From contig JBHGNT010000009.1 of assembly GCA_043228905.1 (NCBI GenBank), positions 5,022,001-5,086,000 on the forward strand: a stretch of 64,000 nt of DNA, read 5' to 3'. Of the stretch, positions 1 to 13,358 are shown one piece after another; position 1 is the stretch's first letter, and the number at the start of each line of letters is the position of its first letter. Source of the stretch: Azolla caroliniana (lineage: Eukaryota > Plantae > Polypodiophyta). Made by a program: the position numbers and the translations under genes. The notes beneath the pieces were generated by a model, which saw nothing but the letters and a program-made list of their open reading frames with translations, ran no database searches and was not told the origin of the DNA.

Positions 1-899
1 CTTCAACTTGCTCATTATCATGGACCCCATTGGACAAATCACTATTTAATGTTGTGTTCACTATTGCTAAGGGGGCTATTGTCATTATTCCCATGATTGA
101 GATTTGTTTGGTGGTGAGATTTTCATTGTTGCCTCTACTTTAGATGTCAGGTGATCCTTGACCAAGGGAGACGCCCGGGAGATGGGGTTTGTCAGCCTTA
201 GTCGAAACTAATGAGGTTGACATCTATTGGTGAACTACCTTTGTGGCTAGTACTACGGAAGGAACAATTTGATGCCATTATCCCATGTTGCGGTGTGGAG
301 AGGCCATTATATAGCAATGATGAGTAGGTAGCACCCTCTTAACCCTAAAACTTATACTCGGGTAGTGGGGAAGAGGCAATGGTGATGGATATAAGTTTAT
401 AGGGTAGGTTGACCACATGCCTAACACGATTTATCGTTGTTGTACTTGCAAGAGTCACTATCGAGTCTCAAGGGATCTCTTCCATAGTGGGCTAACCAAG
501 GGATTGGGGGGTGTTACTACTTCAACACATGTAAATTACTCCATGTAAATGTGGAAGCCTCAAAGGCTTCTTTAAGTTAAACTAAAATTAACACACACCT
601 AATCTTTGTACCAAATAAAAAATATGTTTATCTTAATTAGATAGATAATTAATAATTAAGAAACATATAAGATTTCTCTATTAAATAGATATTTACTAAG
701 AAAAAAAAAAGTATATCTCAATTAATTAGTATGGGAAAGCTATATAGAGGAGAATGGTTGTTCATGACTGAAATTCTAGGTTAGAAATATTCTTACTTAT
801 ACTAGGGTTATTGAAGCAAAATAATAGAGTTTTATTTATCTTAACAACCACAAACAACCCTTTGACATGGCACCTCCATCTTGGGTTTGTTCAAGGCAC

Positions 900-1850
900 C
901 CAATGAAGAAGTAGGGTGCATTGTTCTCGAGGGTTCTTCCCCCATGAGCTAACTTTTTTGTTTGTGTTGGGGGAAACAACATTCCAAACTAGCAAGGTAG
1001 GTAAGTGGGGCAAAGCTTGCCTTCTAGCCCTAGAACAATGCAATTATAGGCATGGCATTGTTGTGGGGCATATAAGGCAACTTGTGGAGAAGCAACCTCA
1101 TGTTAAGTAGTAACTCCACAAGCTCTCCAAAGGGCAAGTCAAGGACATGTTGGGTCTTGTATGTTACAAAGGACATAGATTATGCTCCAATTAAATATAT
1201 CCCCATCATCTCTACATCCAACATCATTGGTTAGAAAGTGTTATCACAACATAGGCCCAACAACTTATCGTGGTACTATTTCCTATGCTAACTCCTTGAA
1301 CTAGTACAGTATTGGTGAACTTATCATGACATTTTTCTACCCTTTTGCACAAGTGAAGTTTGTAACTTTTCTCTCTTTGGGGTTTACTTAAGCGATTGGC
1401 TAGAAATATGACATGGTACAACTACTTGTGGTATCCATTGACTAGAAATATGACATGGTACAACTGCTTGTGGTATCCATTGACTAGAAATATGACATGG
1501 TACAACTGCTTGTGGTTGATGAGTTCATGGGGGAGTTATTGCAACACCATATGTTTTTGTATAGAAAATGAAATGTGGAAGTCATGTTTTTATAGAGCTC
1601 TTTCACTTCAACCCATTTCATACAACATTCCTTGGCAACTAGGATGTAGTGGTTGGTCTTGGTTTGGGTCACCACGAGCATAAATAGGCTAACAAAGTTG
1701 AGGTTCCATTTCTAAAAAGGATGATGATGCATATGGGCCTTGTTTGTTCGTTGGCCTAACTAATGGCATTTGTCTCATGCTTTCCATAATAATTGTGCAT
1801 TCTTTTGTATAACGTGGGGTCACCATAGGCCACTCTATCATATATTTTAT
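900..1850 (-). pseudogene. Highly decayed Ty3/gypsy integrase remnant (approximate boundaries)
   Basis: ORF 1484..1681 (NHYILVAKECCMKWVEVKELYKN...FLYKNIWC) aligns by eye with the gypsy integrase at 33870..34412 ([23 protein letters not shown]...FLYESIWC). A decayed GLWWPTL-like segment lies near 1810-1835. Many stops and frameshifts. Confidence 0.75.
1400..1515. repeat. 42-bp tandem repeat, ~2.75 copies
   Basis: Unit CTAGAAATATGACATGGTACAACT(A/G)CTTGTGGTATCCATTGA starts at 1400, 1442 and 1484. Confidence 0.95.
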
Positions 1851-1868
1851 GTCATACCTTCACCAATG

Positions 1869-2075
1869 TAATGGTCACTAGAGACCCCAAATGGGTTCCT
1901 TCTAGCATGCAATCCATTTCGTGATACATCGTGCACATCCTTATGATACTAAGACATCATCGGCCAAGTATTTGCACCCAAATGCCTTCATTAGCATAAT
2001 GGTCACTAGAGATCCCAGATGGGTTTCTTCTAGCATGCAATCCATTTCCTAGTGATATTAAGACATCACCACCAC
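1869..2075. repeat. Short local duplication, offset 128 bp
   Basis: TAATGGTCACTAGAGA.CCCA.ATGGGTT.CTTCTAGCATGCAATCCATTTC occurs at 1869 and 1997. Confidence 0.85.
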
Positions 2076-2382
2076 AATCTCCAAAATTTTCACACCATCC
2101 TCTCTAGCTAACCCCAATGAATTAATTCCTGCATTGATTCACATCCACTACTAGCAAATGACCAATTCTCCCCATTATCTCGTGCGCAAGGACCATTCAT
2201 AATCATCTAGGCACATAAAGAAGAAGATGATTTGTCCGATTTTTGATTAACTTATTGGAGATATGATTTTGTATCCACCAATCTAACATAACTCTTTTAC
2301 TAACACTTTCCCCCCCTTTTTTTCTCTTTACATTAAAAAGGTGATAGTGGATGCATCACATTCATCATATATTAATTTCTCT

Positions 2383-2552
2383 CATTGATTAACCACCTAT
2401 AACTATTAATTGCTTCCATAAACACTCAATCATACATTTTGTTCTCTCTCCCTCCCTCCCTCCCTCCCTCTCTCCCTCCCTCCCTCCCTCCCTCCCTCTC
2501 TCTCTCTCTCTCTCTCTCACCCACACACACACACATTGATTAACCACCTATA
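2383..2552. repeat. Compound (CCCT)n/(CT)n/(CA)n microsatellite bracketed by a 19-bp direct repeat
   Basis: CATTGATTAACCACCTATA at 2383..2401 and 2534..2552; microsatellite at about 2443..2535. Confidence 0.85.
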
Positions 2553-3067
2553 GAATGCCCATGTTAAGGCCCTCAACAACTCTCATTATCTTACATACTT
2601 GTGTTAAGACCCTTCGGTTGCGACAACTCCCTTCGTGGCTTGTACACACTTGTTGAGACACCCAACAACTCCTATCGTGGTGAGTATCCGTGTTGGAACG
2701 TGAGACGCTCAATTGCTCCTATTGTGGTAAGCTATCATGTAGATCCCTCATGTACGATGTTATTCTCCTCTATCCTAGAACATGAACATGCACCAAGGTA
2801 AACATGTTTGTTAATAGAATAATAAGATAATTCAATTTCCACATTCAACAAGTATGCAAAACACACCTCCTATACAACCCAAACTTCAAAAGACCAATGA
2901 AGACCTTGGATGATGGCTAAAAAATATAGACCCAAATGAGAATCATGCATTGTTGTAGAATACATAGCATACAAAACGTGTAGAATACATATCTTAAGTA
3001 TTCTAACTTTAAAAAAAAAAACTTAGAATATGTATTTTACATTTAAAATACGTTAAATACTTAGAAT

Positions 3068-3319
3068 CATAGTAGTACGTGTAACGGAATATACTCGAAT
3101 GCATTGGCAAACATTCTTTTTCATACAAATGCGTATGTTATCAAAACATTCTTAGGAGTTTTTTTAACACTTTTTACCTTAAAATTTTGATCACCTTACA
3201 ATAAATAATGAATACAAAAGTATGGTTTTAACTTTTTACCATACTTCGAGGGTGTTTACCATATTCAAATGATTGAAACATTCTCGAATGCATGTATGGT
3301 ACATATGGTTCATACTATG
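3068..3319. mobile_element. ~250-bp MITE, hAT-like
   Basis: Termini CATAGTA...TACTATG; near-perfect 8-bp flanks CTTAGAAT (3060..3067) and CTTAAAAT (3320..3327); an inverted homologue lies at 10506..10763. Confidence 0.65.
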
Positions 3320-3815
3320 CTTAAAATACGTGTAGAATACTTTAAATATCTAGAATACGTTAAATACTTCTTAAATTTAAAACTTTTTCGAAATGTTAAA
3401 TACTTAGAATATGTTAAATACGTTAAATACTTAGAATACCTGAAAAATTGAAAAATGGTAGTTCCTAAAACGTAGAATACGTGTAGAATACTTCAAAGTA
3501 TTCTAAAACATATTCTAAATGGAGACTTTGAATGGAGGCATAGCTAAAGCCCATGCACATAGGGTGCAACCCCACCCAAGTTTGATTTTGTTGGCAATTT
3601 TCCTCATCACCATGCCAATAGAGTTATGCTAGAAACTCAACCCAAACCATCCAAAACATGGAGACCTAGGTGACAAATATCGAAACGTCTAATCCAAAAT
3701 ATGCCACATTTGCCTAATTGGTCCAAATGATGTTGGGTTCAATGGAGAGAGGGAGAGAGATCAATACATAGTGCTTGTAATGTAACAATTTACATATTGG
3801 GGTAAGATAATTACG

Positions 3816-3868
<53 letters not shown>

Positions 3869-4997
3869 ACCCATTCCTTCTCATACTTATGTGAAGTTTG
3901 AACGTGAACAAGAAGTCAAACCAAAATAGTAATCTTATACTATGTTTTATGTGTGAAGGCAATGCTTATGACCATATTAAATGTTTCAAACATATCAAGT
4001 AAACGTGTGAACCACTCTCAACTAGGATAAGAGTTGTCACATTTGACCTCACTTGGGACCAAGTTGAAGAAGTGTTTATGAATTATCCTCCATGTTTCCA
4101 TGAATAATAATGTTCTCGACTCATATTCTTGCTCCTTTAACTCTTATACATGCACATCTTGCAAATTAATCTTTGTTTGAGCCATAACTTGCATGATATG
4201 GGAATTGAAAATGACATTATCATTATGTATACATTAGCCCAGACTTTTGTGTACATACATTCTTTAATTTTATCATCTTTTATGTTCAAGTGCCCATGTA
4301 CCTCTAAGTGAGATTGCTTTCATTGTTTCACTTTGCCCTCAAGTTGTGTTAGTCATGTTAATTGAGATTTCATTAATTTTTTGAGATGCATGTTCTCAAT
4401 AAAGTGGACAATGAATTTCTCACTCTCCATTACGGGTACTCACAATTGTTCACCTTCTTCACCTTACTTACTTTAGATTCTTACCACTCATAATCATGGT
4501 TTTGATTGTTGAAGATGTTTTGTCATTGGTAAGAAACTTCTTGGGTTGAATTATGCTCATTTTACATCATATTAATGTTGCCCCCTTGAAGAATGGGTGC
4601 TTTTACAGAGCCAAACTCTATGTTATATATCTTTTCTTGCTCACATTTTAGATACATAGTATCATAGAGCTCATGTGAGTGAGTTATGGTTCAAATAATG
4701 CAACAATGAAAAAGATAGATTAACACGGAAGACCTTTTATAGATGACCTAATAAATTACCGTTATGATGAATGAGTAAAGAGGTATAATACAAAATATAG
4801 ACATTGACATACATTCAAAACCTACACTTTAGTAGTCTCATGTACTAAAGTTGTGGCCGGCTTGAAACACATTCTGTCAAGACATCTGGTAATTTGGTAG
4901 GATTTGAAGTTACATTAACTATGTTTAAAAAAAAAGCTTACCTCTAGGGCACATGATCCCTATCATAAAAATATATATGAAAAGAAAGTAATTTCAT

Positions 4998-5970
4998 TTA
5001 GATGATATATAAGAATTGTGTTACAAGGAGCACAAGGGCCAAAGGAAGCACAATATCGGAGGAAGGGCGATGAGATTGACTGGATCGAGAATAAGGTCTT
5101 GGATGGAATTGGTTTCCACCACCCCTAAGTGACTCTGTCACCAACACCCAATTCTTTGGGTTCTTATCTTCCATTTCCCCGAGAGTTGATATAATATTAT
5201 CATGCTTCATTTGCTTCGTCTTCTCAACATCAATGTTCAATGCATGTTGTGACATGTCATTGTCAAGTGCACTCCTCCTTATTTCTACATCATCAAGTAA
5301 CCCAGTATTAGTTGTATCATTTTGCAACCATCAAGTTTAATAGGACTTTAAGAATAAACCTCCCCAAACATGTTAAAGTGCCTTAATAAGAGATGTGAGC
5401 CAAACACTTCGATTATGTTATTGTTGGCAATTAAATCAAGATCTCGGCATGACCAATTATTTCATGTTATGTAATCCCCAAATGAACCAAATTAAATTAG
5501 TTAATGTTTTAGAAATAATCAATGGGCCATATTAGTTAAATGAAGTACTAGCAATAAATTAGCATTAACAAAGCAACACATGACGAATGGATTCTTATAT
5601 TATGTATGATGCCATTTAAAAAGACAAAAAGTAGTTATTAATCTAAAAGAATTAATCATGGACTGAAATCAGAATTATTTATGACTTGTTTGGCAAATAA
5701 TGGAAAAATGAAGTTCATGTGGCATACAAAAGTGAGCGACACTGTTGCAAATATATGAAGAATGTTGATATGCGACTACGAAAAGAGTGACATTTTCCGG
5801 GAGATACAAGAAATATGTGCAACATTCTCGAATGCAATGGTAACTCAAAGTAAAGAACAAGCTAAATCATGCTAACTAAGCTACATACCTTGTGATGTAG
5901 TTGCATTGAATATGAATGCGAAATGGATAAGGGGGAATATGATCCACAAAATAGAACCCAAGTTTCTCAT
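4998..5970 (-). CDS. Small secreted, putatively GPI-anchored protein, paralog A (122 aa; exons 5970..5889 and 5284..4998)
   Basis: Exon 1 MRNLGSILWIIFPLIHFAFIFNATTSQ is signal-peptide-like and ends at a phase-1 donor G|GTATGT. The phase-compatible acceptor TGTAG|AA has an upstream CTAAT branch-like motif. Exon 2 ends in Ser-rich then hydrophobic IVLPLALVLLVTQFLYII*. Frame and splice sites are conserved in paralog B. Confidence 0.8.
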
Positions 5971-5979
5971 GCTTTCAAA

Positions 5980-5981
<2 letters not shown>

Positions 5982-6036
<55 letters not shown>

Positions 6037-6060
6037 ATGAGGGTCCATCTCTTTTTATAT
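5982..6060 (-). promoter_or_regulatory. TATA-like box and (CT)n 5' leader of paralog A
   Basis: Minus-strand TATAAAAA at 6059..6052, then a (CT)n tract just upstream of the ATG at 5970. Paralog B has an equivalent TATAAGA (~8955..8949) and (CT)n. Confidence 0.55.
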
Positions 6061-7854
6061 GAAGCAAAAAGTAAACTTTATCTCTCCTCCCTTTAACTCT
6101 GTTCCATCTCAAAAGATGGATAAAACCTGGTTTATATAAATATTGACCATTTGATAGTAAATTTGTTTTTCACAAAGTACTTTGAAAATGCCGATGGCCT
6201 GCAAAAATTCAAATATCAAACATATACATCGTCATCTTCGATTTACATCCTCAGCAAAAAACATTGTTGTTACTTGAGATATTCTCTTAGATTCAAAGAT
6301 ATGTGGCTAGTGTGACCAATTTGATATGACACATAGCCAAGATTCTAGAAATACATATTGTGAAGTGATCTAATAAATAAATATTGCCACATTCAATATA
6401 TTGTACGGATAACTACAGTACTTAGGGGAAATGATAGCAATGACTTGTTTCAGTATTATGGAATTGAACCTATACATTAACAAAACCTTGATGAAATTGC
6501 TAGTTGAAATTTTGTCTATCATAATATAACACATGGGGTTCGATTCTGATCTATTAATACTCTTGGAGACTTTGAATGGAGGCATAACTAAAGGCCATGC
6601 CCATAGGGTTTCTCACCACAAATTTCATATATGCCACAACCCCACGCAAGTATGACTTTGTTGGTACCTTTTCTAGTCACCATGCAAATAGAGTTATGCT
6701 AGAAACCCAACATAAACCATCCAAAACATGGAGATGCGGGCGACAAATATTGAAAAGTCTAATCTAAAATATGCCACGCCTGTCTAATCAGTTCAAATGA
6801 TGTTGATCTTAGTGGGGAGAGAGAGAGAGACCCTTTTCCTTCTAAGAAGTTAGAACAAATAAGTAATATTATGCTATGTTTTATGGGTGAAGGCAACACT
6901 AATGACCATTGACCATATTAAACGGTTCAAGCAAATCAAGAAAACTTGTGGACTACCTCAACTAGGATAAGAGTTGTTGCATTTGGTCTCACCTTAGGGA
7001 CCAAGTTGAATAAGTATTTCTTAATTAACCTCCATGATCCCACGAATAATAATGTTCTCGATTCGTAGTTCTTGTTCCTTTAACTCTTATACATTTACAT
7101 CTTGCACATTAATCTTTGTTTGAGCCATAACTTGCATGATATGGGAATCGAAAATGACCTTGTCATTAAGTATACATTAGCCCAAGCTTTAGTGTACATA
7201 CATTCTTTAATTTTATCATCTTTTATGCTCAAGTGCTCATATACCTCTAACTAAGATTGCTTTCATTGTTTCACTTCGTACTCAAGTTGTGTTAGTCATG
7301 TTAATTGAGATTTCATTAATTTTTTGAGATGCATGTTCTCAATAAAGTGGACATTGAATTTCTCACACTCCATTACAGGAACTCACAATTATTAACCTTC
7401 TTCACCTTCTTACTTTAGATTCTTACAACTCATAATCATGGTTTTGATTGTTGAAGATGTTTTATCATTGATAAAAAACTTCTTGGGTTGAATTAGGCTC
7501 ATTTTACATCATATTAATGTTGCCCCTTTGGAGAGTCGTTACCATTACAAAGCCAAACTCTATGTTATATATCTTTTCTTATTTTAGATACTATCATGAC
7601 CTAATAACTCACCACTAAGATGAATGAGTAAAGAGTTATAATACAAAATATAGACATTGTCATACATTCCAAAACCTATACTTCAGTAGTCTCTTCTATT
7701 AAAGCTGTCGTAGGGTTGAAACACATTTTGTCAAGACCTCTAGTAAATTGGTATGATTTGAAGCTCGATTAAGTATGTTAAATAAAAAAGAAACGCTTAC
7801 CACTAGGGCATATGATCCCAATCATAAAAATATATGAAAAGAAAGCAATTTCAT

Positions 7855-8880
7855 TTAGATGATATATAAGAAGTGTGTTACAAGGAGCACGAGGGCCAAA
7901 GGAAGCACAACATTTGCGGAAGAGAGATGAGATTTACTAGATGGAGAATTAGGTCTTGGTTGGAATTGGTTTCCACCACCCCTAAGTGACCCTGTCACCA
8001 ACACCCAATTCTTTGGTCTCTTATCTTCCATTTCCTTGGGCGTTGATATAAGATTATCATGTTTCATTTGCTTTGTCTTCTCAATACCATCATTCAATGC
8101 ATGTTGTGGCTTGTCATTGTCAAATGCACTCCTTATTTCTACATCATCAAGTAATCCACAATTAGTTGTATCATTTTGCAACCAATCAAGTTTAATAAGA
8201 CTTTAAGAATAAACCTCCCCAAACATGTTAAAGTGGAGATTTAAGCTAGGGCAAGTGCCTTAATATGAAACACGAACCAAACACTTTGATTATGTTATTG
8301 TTGGCAATTAAATCAAGATCTCGGCATGACCAATTATTTCACGTTATGTAATCCCTAAATGAATCAATTTAGATTAGTTTACGCTCTAGAAATATTCAAG
8401 ATTTGAGGTTTCTCTAATTTAATCAATGGGCCCCAATTAGTCAATAATAGTTAAGTGAAGTAATGATAATAAATTAACATTAACAAAGCAACACATGACT
8501 AATGGATTCCTTTATTAGGTAAGAGGCCATTTATTAAGACAAAAACCACTTACTAATCTACCACAATTAATCATGGATTGATATCGAAATAATTTATGAC
8601 TTGTTTGGCAAATAGTGGAAGAATGAAGTTCATGTGGGCATACAAAAGTGAGCAACATTCTAGCAAATATATGAAAAATGTTAATATGCCACTACGAAGA
8701 GAGTGACATTTTCGGGAGATAAAAGAAATATTGCACCATTCTCGAATACAATGGTGACTCATTTTTAAGTAAAGAACGAGCTAAATCATGCAAATTAAGT
8801 TGCATACCTTGTGATGTAGTTGCATTGACAATGAGTACAAAATGGATAAGGGGGAATATGATCCACAAAATAGAACTCAT
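7855..8880 (-). CDS. Small secreted, putatively GPI-anchored protein, paralog B (118 aa; exons 8880..8808 and 8138..7855)
   Basis: Exon 1 MSSILWIIFPLIHFVLIVNATTSQ, donor G|GTATGC, acceptor TGTAG|AA. Exon 2 ends VVLPLALVLLVTHFLYII*. The only indel versus paralog A in exon 2 is an in-frame 3 bp. Confidence 0.8.
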
Positions 8881-10505
8881 GTTTACAAAGTACAGAGAGA
8901 GAGAGAGAGAGAGGAGAAAAGAGACGCAATGAAGGACCCTTCATCTCTTCTTATATTGACCAAGAAATAAACTTTTCGAACACCAAGTGAATAAACTTTA
9001 TCTCTCCTCCCCCAAACTTTGTTTCCTCCGAAAATATCGATAAATTTCGTTTATATAACTATTGACCATTTAAAGTACATTGAACATATACATCGTTATC
9101 TTTGATCCACATCCTCAACCCAAACATTATTGTTACTATGAGATATTTGCTTCGATTCAAAGATATGTGACTAGTGTGGAGTATATTCGATTCACACTAT
9201 GTATCATTGAACCCTAAACCCTTATTTGGAAAAGATATGTGACTAGAGTGAATAATTTGATATGATACATAGCCTAGTTTTTTTTCCACCCCCCCAAAAA
9301 ACACTACTTCGCATTAATTAGCAAATAGAATACAAACAGAGTTTACTCAAATAAAAATAGCAAAAACTTACCCGACCCTTAACTCCAACAAAATTGAAAT
9401 AAACCCCATTTTACCCTGACTCTACATCTCCCAACTAACTCTTTTCTAACAACATTATCCGGGTAACATGACTATACTAACCCACTTTTGCTTTAGTTAT
9501 ACATACATAATTACAACCCATGCACACACATATTATGAATTGATCTAATAAATGAATATTTCCACATTCAATATACAATATGGATAACTACTGTATTTGG
9601 AGGAAATGACACCAATGACTTCTTGTACTATTATGGAATTGAAACTATGCATTAACACAACCTCTTAAACTATGATTAACTAGATAAGAATAGGTACTTC
9701 GTTTTTTGACAACGTGACATGTTGATCTAATATAATTTGGTCTTAGGAAATATGTTTGATAACATCTAAACTTGAGCCAATGATTATTTGAAGTTCTCAC
9801 GTAGTTTTCGAGATAAAATGAGAATCTTTCAAAATACCCAAATTCAAAGGATATGTACTCATCCACTTTTCTGAAATATGAACTACCATTAGTTCACATA
9901 AAGAGCAAAGATTGAAACTTTATATGAGGACCACAGAACCTAGCACGTGAGACTTTTGAACACTCGTGATGTGGAGCCATATACGAGTACTTGGAAATAT
10001 TGCCTTGAGATATATTTGTCACTTTGGAGACGCACAAGACAAAGTATACAACATCAAAGAATATCACTATGTATACACATATCCATGTTCTCATATGCAA
10101 AATAACGTTCAACATTTTCGCATTATATTTTGTATCATGATTGTCTCAACCACGAGAAACTTGTATGTGATGATTAAGACTCTGATCACCAACATGAGAA
10201 GCATGTCATTTTACCTTAGGAATTACCTCTAGGGATTAATCTCTCGAGAATTTATAAACAGACTCATTGGCATATAATTATAGCACAATGTTCTATCTTC
10301 TCTTAATATTGTCGCAAAATAATCCGTTGTTTCTTAGTGATGATTGGCTCATTAGAGTATACATTCGAAGATACCCATTCAACAAAGAAAATTGTAAACT
10401 CTTTCTATTATTTACAACTTACAAGGTGAACAATTCGTCGAATGAAAGTTAATGCATGTTGTTGCCACTTGTGTATTTACTACTATTGTAAAATTTTCAA
10501 GGTTT

Positions 10506-10763
10506 GATAGTATGAACCATACGTACCATACGTGCATTCGCATTCGCGAAAGAAAAATACCCTCAAAGAATGATAAATACCATTCTTTTGGATTAACTAT
10601 TTATTATGAGGTAGATAAGCCTAAAAATGAAAGAAAAACAAAAAAAACATTAAAACAATGGGGGAAAAAAAAAACACAAGAATGTTTGGATAACATTCGC
10701 ATTCGTTTTCCAACGTAGGAAAACGAATGTTATACTAGACGAACACGAATTTTACGTACTATG
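10506..10763. mobile_element. Second, inverted copy of the ~250-bp MITE
   Basis: ATAGTATGAACCATACGTACCATACGTGCATTCG resembles the reverse complement of 3285..3318; ends TACTATG; no clean TSD. Confidence 0.55.
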
Positions 10764-12404
10764 GTTTGCATCATTATTTCCCATGTTCCAAAGCTTTAAT
10801 GATGGTAAAGCTTGCCTCTTTAGTCTTACCTTTTTCTAACACATGTAGACTCCATTCGAAAACATTTAAACTCAATTCCTAGGCTTCTCACTTTGGTCGA
10901 AGTGGTGGGCCAATCACTAGTAAGTGCTTGCTAGTGAAAAATGAACTTATCTTTGTATTCCAAAGAACAAAACTATTCTATAAGTACCCCAGTTGAGAGA
11001 TACGAACATCAGGAGGAGGGGATGAATTTGGTGATAAAAGCACTAGAAGTATTTTTTTTTATCCATTGACAATATCCACTCAAATCATATTAATGCCAAA
11101 TCTCAAGGCGCTAGAATTAGTCAGCCCAATAACTCTTTGGATTCTATGGAAATAGCAATGTAGATGGGTTTTCCCCAACTAAACCATGCATCCAGTAATA
11201 TTAATACAAGAGATATGGAGTGAAGTTGTAGCTACACTAAAGAGCCAATACAATGGCCTCACGGGCGGATTCGATAGAGTTGAAAGATAACGACTAGCCT
11301 TCATCCAACAATGGTCGTCCTCTCCCTTTCTTGAGTCACTGGGCATCCATATAAGATGGAACTATCGCTTCCCTACAAGGATTTGTATTTAAGTTTATAA
11401 CAATCTTATCTGTAAATTTTTATAACTAATGGAAGGAGTTTTTTTTAATAGAAAAAAAACTATTCTAAAGTATGTGTCATCAATGTTACAAACTTAAAGA
11501 ATGTTAACATTTAAGAAATTAAGTTCATTTCTTTGTACTATGCATAAAACATATTAAAACATTAGGACATGTAATTAGTGTTGTACATTGGTAACCAATT
11601 TTCTCGTTCGTGCCCGTAAAACTATATTTATGAGATAAAAACAAAAATGCCAAGACATCATCATCAAAGAGTTATATATATATTTTTTATTCTTTAAGTA
11701 TACAAAAAGTAGAGTTCTTAGAAATTTGGGAGATAGAAAAAAAAGATTAGTGTACAATGAATAATTAAATGTGGAGAGAGATTAATGTATCGTGTAGTAT
11801 ATATGACGAGACAAGGAAAGAGGATATTAATGAATTTTCTCTAGGGAAATTGGGTAAATTAGGTTGATGATAATTGATGAAGAGAGATAGAGAAGAGGAA
11901 GAGGAAGAGAAAGGAATGTTATATTATCTATTAGGGGAACAATACAAATTTCTTAGACTCCAACAACAAACACAACCACTTCTTGTCTTTCTCTTTCTAT
12001 GACTCTAAAGACATTAGACTTTCTATGACTCTAAAGACATTAGACTTGCCTTCTTCCCTCCTACCAAGCTTCCTCTCACTTCTTGTCGACCTTCTATCTT
12101 CTTCTTTCTTCCTTCTTATGGCTAATAATCCCTTCCTATTTATAGGTTTTTGGTTGGGTTATTCTTGTTTTTCCTTTTTAAATATACTTGAGTCTATGTG
12201 GGACATTTTTCTTATACCACTATTTATCCGTTGTAACTCCAATTTTGTCATACAATCAACATATTTTTGGAAAGCTCTCTTGGTCAACTTTTTTATGAAT
12301 ATTTTCTTTTAAAATGTAGATATTGGATGAAGAAGTTATGAGCATTTTAATTTATCTAAATCTTTGTATCCACAACTTGCTTTTTTCACTTTTTTGAAAA
12401 ACAC

Positions 12405-13152
12405 TACCGAGGAAATCCTCACGTGTTCGCGAAATGAAACAGAACCACTGGGGTCCTGGATTGGAAGGATTCGAAGTTTGTACTAGCTTTAGCGAGAAAG
12501 TGTTTAAGATAGATAGAGAGAGATTAAGAGACGGAGATTCCAATTATGAGACGCATTGAGAGAGAGAGAGAGATTGCGATTGAGATAGAGATTGAACCCC
12601 TTGACTTCAATTATTAGAGATGAGATACATCATCAATAGGATAACTAGATTTTATTTATTTATTTTCTTGATCAATACATAACTCGCTTGATTAATTGAT
12701 TGATTCCCTCCCCTTTTCTTTTTTTCTCCACTCTTTTATAGATGCCCCCATGTATCTGATGCATGTGAGGGTGCAAGACATGCATACAATGCATGCGATG
12801 CATGTTTACCATTTGGGGCTCATGCATTACATGTGATGCATGATAACCATGTCACTCATGCAAGCTCTCATGTATGAGAATTTATATATGAAAAAGTATA
12901 ATGATGAAAATACAACTTTTTTAATAAATGACTTGGCTTTGTGGTAAGTCAATTGTGTTATGTAAGGTTGTCCCTCCTTGTGGGGGGAGTCGGTCGAAAA
13001 GCCGAAATGAGAGTCGGTTGGCCGAAATCGTCTAGAAAACCGAAACAAGAATCGGCTACCGAAATCAATTGAAAAGCCGAAACGAGAGTCGACTACCGAA
13101 ATCGGTCAAAAGATTGAAACAAGTGTTGGTTGGTCGAACAAAAGTTTAGACG

Positions 13153-13194
<42 letters not shown>

Positions 13195-13358
13195 GTAACT
13201 CACGATATGAGTCTTTATATAGAGAGAGTCATGTTAGCTGCATATATATGTGGGATAACTCATTGAGAAATATAGTAAAAGAAGTGTGAAAGTGAACCCT
13301 TCTTGGTTTCCACGTGATTTTCACACCGTTACCGAAAATCTTCACGACATCCACCCCG
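12405..13358 (-). mobile_element. LTR of the TGTCGTGA-terminus family with adjacent PPT (3' end of a truncated element; left edge approximate)
   Basis: Ends CCGAAAATCTTCACGACA at 13349, followed by TCCACCCCC (minus-strand PPT GGGGGTGGA). 12420..12960 is homologous to the solo LTR at 43570..43945. Internal CCGAAA repeats at 12990..13140. Confidence 0.7.

Larger units (their letters stand above)
3521..9735. repeat. ~3.0-3.2 kb tandem duplication (unit 1 ~3521..6564, unit 2 ~6565..9735)
   Basis: GGAGACTTTGAATGGAGGCATA starts both units (3521, 6565). They are collinear across 3' flank, exons, intron and promoter. Unit 2 has an extra ~280 bp at about 9270..9550. Confidence 0.93.

Noticed and set aside
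1396-1683. ORF with RNMTWYNCLWYPLT repeats, or a CRISPR-like array
   Set aside because: A head-to-tail 42-bp repeat with no spacers, antisense to a decayed gypsy integrase.
5115-5135. LRGG as a ubiquitin-like C-terminal cleavage motif in the small proteins
   Set aside because: No ubiquitin-fold-like sequence upstream and the protein appears secreted; a four-residue match alone is insufficient.
5285-5327. MQNDTT... N-terminus given by the ORF track (also 8139..8181)
   Set aside because: It starts at TTG directly after a stop; better explained as intron 3' end upstream of the TGTAG acceptor.
11440-12340. Possible Helitron or LTR remnant
   Set aside because: No terminal hairpin-CTAG, TSD or second copy found in the window.
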